Source of the DNA: Candidatus Latescibacterota bacterium
GTDB lineage: Bacteria; Latescibacterota; UBA2968; UBA8231
NCBI GenBank assembly: GCA_965217585.1
Contig: OZ244561.1
Span: 2,016,001 to 2,080,000 of the forward strand
Direction of reading: 5' to 3'
Length of the DNA stretch: 64,000 nucleotides
Within the stretch, counting starts at the first letter, position 1. The number at the start of each line of letters is the position of its first letter. Both the position numbers and the translations under genes were made by a program. Of the stretch, positions 58,231-64,000 are shown piece after piece. Below the pieces are notes generated by a model, which worked only from the letters and a program-made list of their open reading frames with translations, was not told the DNA's origin and did no database searches.

Positions 58231-59502
58231 ATGCCTCGCAAGCTCGAAATGCTGCTCAAGGGCGGCCACGTAATCGACCCTGCCAACGACATCAACGGCG
58301 TCGCCGATGTCGGCGTACTCGACGGCCGCATCGCCCGCGTCGAAGAGGACATTTCTCCGGCGGACACCCATCGCGTCATCGACGTGGGCAACCTCGTCGT
58401 CGTGCCGGGCCTGCTCGACATCCACGTCCATACGTACCATACCCGCGCCGGCAAACCTGGAGGTGGGTTGGTGGGCAGCCTCAACGCCGACGCCCACTTC
58501 CTCAAAGAGGGTGTAACCACCTGCGTCGATACGGGCACGGCCGGGGCCGAGGAGTTCGAGCACTTCCGCGAGACGGTGATCGACCACTCCAAGATCCGCA
58601 TGTTTGCCTATGTCAACATTGCCGACCCAGGCATGGGCCCTCCCGAACAAGTCGTCGCCAACCTCAATCCCCAGCGGGCGGCCGAGATGGCTGCGGCCCA
58701 CGACGAGGTGTGCGTCGGCATCAAGACCGCCCACTATTGGACTACCAAGCCCTTTGACGACGAGCATCCGCCTTGGGCCTCGGTTGACGCGGCCGTCGAG
58801 GCCGGCGAGCGCTGTAAAATGCCAGTGATGGTTGACTTTTGGCCGCGCCCGCCCGAGCGCTCCTACCCCGATCTCCTCCTCAAGCACCTGCGCCCAGGCG
58901 ATATCCACACCCACGTCTTTGCCCGCCAGTTCCCCGTCGTCGATGAAGACGGCGCGGTGTACGACTACATGCGCAAGGCACGCGAGAGGGGCATCCACTT
59001 CGACCTCGGCCACGGGGCGGCCAGCTTCTGGTACCGCGCCGCCATGCCAGCCATCGCCGACGGCTTCCCACCCGACTCGATCAGCACCGACCTGCACATG
59101 GGCAATATCAACGGCCACGTCCACTCCATGCTCGACACTATGTCTAAGTGCTTGGCTATGGACATGCCCTTACAGGAAGTGATCTACCGCTCCACCGTCA
59201 CGCCCGCCAGCGCCATTCGCCGGCCCGAGTTGGGGACCTTGACGCCCGGCTCTGAGGCCGACATCGCCGTGCTGGGCGTCCTCGAGGGCAACTTCTACTT
59301 TCGCGACTGCGGCTGGGCCTGCATCGAGGCCCGACACCGCCTCGAATGCGCGCTGACCTTGCGCGCCGGCGAGGTGGTGTGGGACCGCCACGGCATGACC
59401 TGCCCGCACCTACAAGAAATCCCGCCAGAGGCCGAATACTGGCACCTGCCCGAACGCCAAGCCACCAGCCCCGTGCCGCGCCTTTGGCGTACTGATGCCT
59501 GA
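58231..59502 (+). CDS. Amidohydrolase/deacetylase-family metallohydrolase (dihydroorotase-like)
   Basis: PGLLDIHVH, GVTTCVDTGTAG, DIHTH, FDLGHG, ISTDLH. Confidence 0.85.
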   Translation: MPRKLEMLLKGGHVIDPANDINGVADVGVLDGRIARVEEDISPADTHRVIDVGNLVVVPGLLDIHVHTYHTRAGKPGGGLVGSLNADAHFLKEGVTTCVDTGTAGAEEFEHFRETVIDHSKIRMFAYVNIADPGMGPPEQVVANLNPQRAAEMAAAHDEVCVGIKTAHYWTTKPFDDEHPPWASVDAAVEAGERCKMPVMVDFWPRPPERSYPDLLLKHLRPGDIHTHVFARQFPVVDEDGAVYDYMRKARERGIHFDLGHGAASFWYRAAMPAIADGFPPDSISTDLHMGNINGHVHSMLDTMSKCLAMDMPLQEVIYRSTVTPASAIRRPELGTLTPGSEADIAVLGVLEGNFYFRDCGWACIEARHRLECALTLRAGEVVWDRHGMTCPHLQEIPPEAEYWHLPERQATSPVPRLWRTDA

Positions 59503-59516
59503 GTAGGCCGCTCTGC

Positions 59517-59990
59517 TTAGGCCATTAGCATCAATTCCCCGAAGTACGCTGCGTAAAATCCGCGATCCCGGCTCAATAGGCGATCGGCTTGATGCAGGGC
59601 GTGGGCACCGATGAGAAAATCGCTGATGATGTGCTGCCGACCCCGCAACCGCGCACCACACTGGGTGCATTGCACTGCGCGCTGTACACGGCTACACGCC
59701 GCACAGCGCCATCCGTCTCCTCTTCGCTTGCGATAGGTTTTCCAAGCTAGCCCGGCGGTAAATAAGGCGTCCTCGGTCGCTGGTACTCGCCGGATCCCGG
59801 TATCGCGCAAAAAAGCCTCTATCGCGGTCCGTTCCACAAACTGCGAGGCCAACTCTGCCCAAACGACCTCGCATATAATCAGCCCGCCCTCGCCGTGGGC
59901 CTTTTCCAGCTTTGCCTTAGACGCATCGACAAAACGCGCATTGGGAATCAACAAATCCAAAAAGATATTAGTATCAACGGCGGTGATCAT
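59517..59990 (-). CDS. vapC: VapC/PIN-domain toxin with a CxxC-CxxC insert
   Basis: AVDTNIFLD, VWAEL, DFLIGAHA, LLSRDRGFY. Confidence 0.88.
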   Translation of the reverse strand: MITAVDTNIFLDLLIPNARFVDASKAKLEKAHGEGGLIICEVVWAELASQFVERTAIEAFLRDTGIRRVPATEDALFTAGLAWKTYRKRRGDGWRCAACSRVQRAVQCTQCGARLRGRQHIISDFLIGAHALHQADRLLSRDRGFYAAYFGELMLMA

Positions 59991-60217
59991 TCGTCGTCGT
60001 CTCTGAGCTGAGCGACGATGCGGTCTGGATCCTCGCCTGCTCTGTCCGCTAGATAGCCGACGTAGCGTTCAAATACGGCGGTAGCCAACACGGGCTTAAC
60101 TAGCACCCGCTGGTCGGGCAGCAGTTCAAACTCTACGTGGTCGCCCGGTTTGACTCCCAATACTTGGCGGATGTTTTTGGGAATGGTCACCTGTCCTTTG
60201 CTCGTTATTCGGGACAT
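59987..60217 (-). CDS. AbrB/MazE/SpoVT-family antitoxin
   Basis: SRITSKGQVTIPKNIRQVLGVKPGD; 4-bp overlap with vapC. Confidence 0.9.
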   Translation of the reverse strand: MSRITSKGQVTIPKNIRQVLGVKPGDHVEFELLPDQRVLVKPVLATAVFERYVGYLADRAGEDPDRIVAQLRDDDE

Positions 60218-60248
60218 CCTTTCACTCTTTCTGTGAAATGAGATCGAA

Positions 60249-60274
60249 GTATTACTTTTTCAATAAAGTAATAC
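60249..60274. promoter_or_regulatory. Inverted-repeat operator, probably for TA autoregulation
   Basis: GTATTACTTT-N6-AAAGTAATAC perfect 10-bp inverted repeat just upstream of the antitoxin. Confidence 0.6.
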
Positions 60275-60354
60275 CCCGCCCTCGCATTTGCCACCATGCG
60301 GCCGCTACCGTACATTTTGTACGCCGATACAAATGCCGTAACCTCTTGTAAATT

Positions 60355-63300
60355 TTGAATCAATCGCCTAGTAAACCCCACCCCATCACGGCGCTTAAAA
60401 CCCTCCTGCCCCAGTGTATGCTCCAGGATCGGGTGCGCATCGCCTGCCGTCTGAATCGCCGCGGCCTCAACCCCGAAGCAGTCGAACGCCTCTTGGGCCA
60501 AGCGCGCAGTTCTGCGCACCTGCGGGCACGGCGGCGCGAAAACCGCCCAATCCCCACCTACCCACCCGCCCTGCCCATCAGCGATCGCAGGGACGAAATT
60601 CTCGCGGCGATCAAGGCGCACCCCGTCGTCATCGTCGCCGGCGAGACCGGCTCGGGCAAGAGCACTCAATTGCCCAAAATTTGCCTAGAGGCTGGCCGGG
60701 GCGAGGCCGCCCGCATCGCTGTCACGCAGCCGCGCCGCGTCGCCGCTCTTTCCATCGCCCAGCGCGTGGCCGAAGAACTCAAGGTGACCTACGGCCGCGA
60801 TATCGGCTGCAAAATCCGCTTCCGCGACCAGACTGCACCCGAGACCTGCATCAAGGTCATGACCGACGGCATGCTGCTGGCCGAGACCCAAACCGATCCC
60901 GACCTGCTCGAATACGACACCATTATCGTGGATGAGGCCCACGAGCGCAGCCTCAACATCGACTTCCTGCTCGGCTATCTGCGGCTTCTCCGTCGCAAGC
61001 GGCCCGATCTCAAGATCGTCATTACTTCGGCTACCATCGACACCGAAACCTTTTCTAAGGCCTTCGACGACGCCCCGGTCATCGAGGTCTCGGGCCGGAT
61101 GTTCCCAGTCGAGGTTCGCTATTGGCCACTCGACGAGCTCCTGCAGGATCGCGGCGACTTCACGTATTTGGATGCGGCCGCCAGTGCGGTGGACGAAATT
61201 TTGCGCACGTCGCGGCAGGGCGACCTCTTGGTCTTTCTGCCGTCCGAGCGCGATATCCACGAAACCCGCGAGCGGCTCGAAGGGCGCAAGTTGCGCGGGG
61301 TCGAGATCCTGCCGCTGTTTGGCCGCCTAACCGCCGGAGAACAGCAGCGCGTATTTGCCCCAGGGGACCGCCGCCGCGTAGTGTTGGCCACCAATATCGC
61401 TGAGACTTCGCTGACCATCCCCCGCATCCGCTACGTCGTAGATACGGGCTTGGCGCGTCTGTCGCGCTATAACCCGCGCACCCACACTCAGCACCTGCCG
61501 ATCGAACCTATCTCGCAGAGCAGCGCCCGCCAAAGGGAGGGGCGCTGTGGGCGGGTCGCGGACGGGGTGTGCATCCGCCTCTACTCGGAGCAGGACTTTC
61601 TCTCGCGGCCCGAATACACCCAGCCCGAGATCCAGCGCGCCAATCTCGCCGAGGTCATCCTGCGGATGATCAATCTCAAGCTAGGGGACATTGAGGCCTT
61701 CCCCTTTATCGACCCCCCTGCAAAAGCCGCTATCGCCGGCGGTTTCCAACTTCTGAGCCAGCTCAATGCCCTCGACGAAAACCGCGCACTCACCCCCATT
61801 GGCCGCGCCATGGCGCGCCTGCCCATCGACCCCACGGTCTCGCGGATGCTGCTCCAAGCTCGCGAGGAGCAAGCCCTTTCCGAAGTGCTCGTCATCGCCG
61901 CGGCCATCAGCATCCAAGATCCGCGCGAGCGGCCTCTGGAAGAGCAGGATGCGGCCGACCAAATGCACCGACAGTTCCACGACAAAAATTCCGATTTCCT
62001 CGCCTATCTAAACATCTGGAACGCCTACCACGACAAAGTGGAAAGCGCCTCGCAGAACCAGCTACGCAAATTCTGCAAGGCGCACTACCTCTCCTACATG
62101 CGGATGCGCGAATGGCGCGATATCCACGCCCAGATCCGCGAGGCACTGGGCGAGATAAAGGGTTTTCGCTTCAATAGCGCCCCTGCTGACTACGACGCGA
62201 TCCATCGCGCGGTACTCACCGGCCTACTTTCGAGTGTGGCGCGCCAAGAGGAGGGCAATATCTATCAGGCAGCGCGCAGTCGCGAGGTGATGGTTTTTCC
62301 CGGCTCGGGACTCTTCCGCTCCAACAAGGGCAAGAAGCCAGCCGAGGGCGGCGGCCCCCCCGGTTGGCTGGTCGCGGCCGAAATCGTCGAGACCTCGCGC
62401 CTGTTCGCCCGCACGGTCGCTCGCATCCAGCCCGAATGGCTCGCTGAGCTAGGCAGCCACCTGTGCCGCGCTTCCTATGACCAACCCTACTTCAACCCGC
62501 GCTCGGGGCGGGTGCTGGTGCGGGAAAAGCTGATCCTCTACGGCCTTGAAGTGCTCAGCCGCCGCATCCCTTATAGCCGCATTAACGCCCGCGAGGCCAC
62601 CGAGATATTCATCCGCGAGGCGTTGGTGCCTGGGACGGTGCATACTCCGCACAAGTTTCTCGCGCACAACATTCGCCTGTGTCAGAAGATCGAAACTTGG
62701 CAGACCCGCGCCCGCGGTTTGGCCGATGTCCACGTCGAAGAGGCCGCCGCTCGCTTTTACTCCCAGCACCTCGACGATGTTTCCTCGCTGCCCGACCTCA
62801 ACCGGTTCCTCAAAGACAAAGCCGACGACTTCCTGCTGATGCAGGAGGAGGACTTGCTCGGCACCACCCGCGCCGATTTCGACCAACAGGCCTTCCCAGA
62901 CGCACTCGACCTCGACGGCAAAAAGCTAGCCATCAGCTACGCCTATCGCCCGGGGCAAGACGAGGACGGCATCACCGTCAAATTGCCCTACAAACTGGCC
63001 CACGCCGTCGATCCAGAAATACTCGAATGGCTGGTGCCGGGTCTGCTCGAAGATAAAATCACCGTCCTGTTGCGCTCGTTGCCCAAGTCCATTCGCAAGC
63101 AGCTGGTGCCGATCCCCGCAAAGGCCCAGCGCATTGCAGCCGCGCTCAAGCCGACCCATCCCACCTTCTTGGAGTCGCTACAGGAATACATCCGCCAGCA
63201 CTACCGGATCCAAATCGAGGCGTCAGACTGGAACGCCGCCGACCTGCCCGACCACCTCAAGATGCGCGTCGATATCCAAGGCACCGACGATCAATCCGTC

Positions 63301-64000
63301 GCGGCCGGCCGCGATTTGCAGCAACTGACCCAACGCCTCGAACAGCACGACACGCCAGTCGAACTCGACGCTTGGAAAAAGGCGACCCAACAGTGGGAAC
63401 GAGCAGGGATAACTACGTGGGATTTCGGCGACCTGCCCGAGCGAATAGAAGTGACCCAAGCGGGCGGAATGCCGCTCTATGGATGGCCCGGCCTCCGCCG
63501 CGACGAAGGCGGCGTGTCGCTGCGGCTCTACAAAAGTCGCGCCGAAGCCGAAATCCGCTCGCGGGAGGGTTTTTTCGGCCTTTGTGCCCTCGCGCTCCGC
63601 GACGAGTTAGCGTGGCTCCGACGCGAACTCCAGGAGCTGACGCAATTCAAGGCGCGCTACCAAGGCAGTTCCCTAGAACTGCGCACCCAAGCATTTGAAC
63701 ATCTCGAGCGCTATCTCTTCCACCGCGAGCAAATCCTACCCCTGCGCCAACAGGATTTCGACGCCGTGCTGGTGCAGGCCAAGCTGCGGCTGCGCGGCTT
63801 GGCTGCACGCTTCATCTCCTTGGTCGATAGCCTGCTCGAAGCCCGCCGGGAAATCCGCCTTGCGGGACGATCCTATGGCGGGATGGACGCGGACTTGGAG
63901 CGGCTGCTGCCAGACGACTTCCTTGCCCGCGTTCCCTACCAATACCTCAGCCATCTGCTCCGCTACCTAAAAGCCGTCGAGGTGCGCGCCGAGCGCTCCG
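60355..64000 (+). CDS. hrpA: ATP-dependent RNA helicase HrpA; 3' end runs off the window
   Basis: Not in the ORF track. Manual translation gives GETGSGKSTQLPK, TQPRRVAA, DEAHERSLNID, SATID, ATNIAETSLTIP and QREGRCGR. Start is TTG 60355 or ATG 60418. Confidence 0.92.
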   Translation, partial: MNQSPSKPHPITALKTLLPQCMLQDRVRIACRLNRRGLNPEAVERLLGQARSSAHLRARRRENRPIPTYPPALPISDRRDEILAAIKAHPVVIVAGETGSGKSTQLPKICLEAGRGEAARIAVTQPRRVAALSIAQRVAEELKVTYGRDIGCKIRFRDQTAPETCIKVMTDGMLLAETQTDPDLLEYDTIIVDEAHERSLNIDFLLGYLRLLRRKRPDLKIVITSATIDTETFSKAFDDAPVIEVSGRMFPVEVRYWPLDELLQDRGDFTYLDAAASAVDEILRTSRQGDLLVFLPSERDIHETRERLEGRKLRGVEILPLFGRLTAGEQQRVFAPGDRRRVVLATNIAETSLTIPRIRYVVDTGLARLSRYNPRTHTQHLPIEPISQSSARQREGRCGRVADGVCIRLYSEQDFLSRPEYTQPEIQRANLAEVILRMINLKLGDIEAFPFIDPPAKAAIAGGFQLLSQLNALDENRALTPIGRAMARLPIDPTVSRMLLQAREEQALSEVLVIAAAISIQDPRERPLEEQDAADQMHRQFHDKNSDFLAYLNIWNAYHDKVESASQNQLRKFCKAHYLSYMRMREWRDIHAQIREALGEIKGFRFNSAPADYDAIHRAVLTGLLSSVARQEEGNIYQAARSREVMVFPGSGLFRSNKGKKPAEGGGPPGWLVAAEIVETSRLFARTVARIQPEWLAELGSHLCRASYDQPYFNPRSGRVLVREKLILYGLEVLSRRIPYSRINAREATEIFIREALVPGTVHTPHKFLAHNIRLCQKIETWQTRARGLADVHVEEAAARFYSQHLDDVSSLPDLNRFLKDKADDFLLMQEEDLLGTTRADFDQQAFPDALDLDGKKLAISYAYRPGQDEDGITVKLPYKLAHAVDPEILEWLVPGLLEDKITVLLRSLPKSIRKQLVPIPAKAQRIAAALKPTHPTFLESLQEYIRQHYRIQIEASDWNAADLPDHLKMRVDIQGTDDQSVAAGRDLQQLTQRLEQHDTPVELDAWKKATQQWERAGITTWDFGDLPERIEVTQAGGMPLYGWPGLRRDEGGVSLRLYKSRAEAEIRSREGFFGLCALALRDELAWLRRELQELTQFKARYQGSSLELRTQAFEHLERYLFHREQILPLRQQDFDAVLVQAKLRLRGLAARFISLVDSLLEARREIRLAGRSYGGMDADLERLLPDDFLARVPYQYLSHLLRYLKAVEVRAERS

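Overview
GC-rich bacterial chromosomal window. The gene content suggests an uncultured sponge- or marine-associated lineage such as Ca. Latescibacterota, but this is inference only. Evidence for that includes seven PhyH/2OG-Fe(II) dioxygenases, a DUF6785-type membrane protein, dockerin, YWTD and ankyrin proteins, and a FlgD/T9SS-tail-like domain. The backbone is metabolic and transport genes: yejABEF-like ABC system with two binding proteins, two TonB receptors plus a DUF4249-like lipoprotein, an amino-sugar/sugar-acid cluster, nfeD-floA, tRNA-Leu(CAA) and hrpA. Three small accessory islets interrupt it. (i) A methyltransferase remnant plus a DUF1902/HicA TA pair. (ii) A Dam-family MTase and internally deleted REase between 79-bp direct repeats that differ only at silent positions. 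(iii) An island beside tRNA-Leu with AAA-PD-(D/E)XK and Rpn nucleases, each followed by a member of a modular secreted eukaryote-like repeat protein family, plus an IS630 remnant. Other notable points are a shared N-terminal beta-sandwich+dockerin cassette with swappable repeat payloads, an internal SD-ATG in rpn (RpnS antitoxin), an NCS2 permease with a degenerate RsbW-like tail, and recurrent head-to-tail internal gene deletions. All family calls come from motif recognition by eye; no database searches were run.
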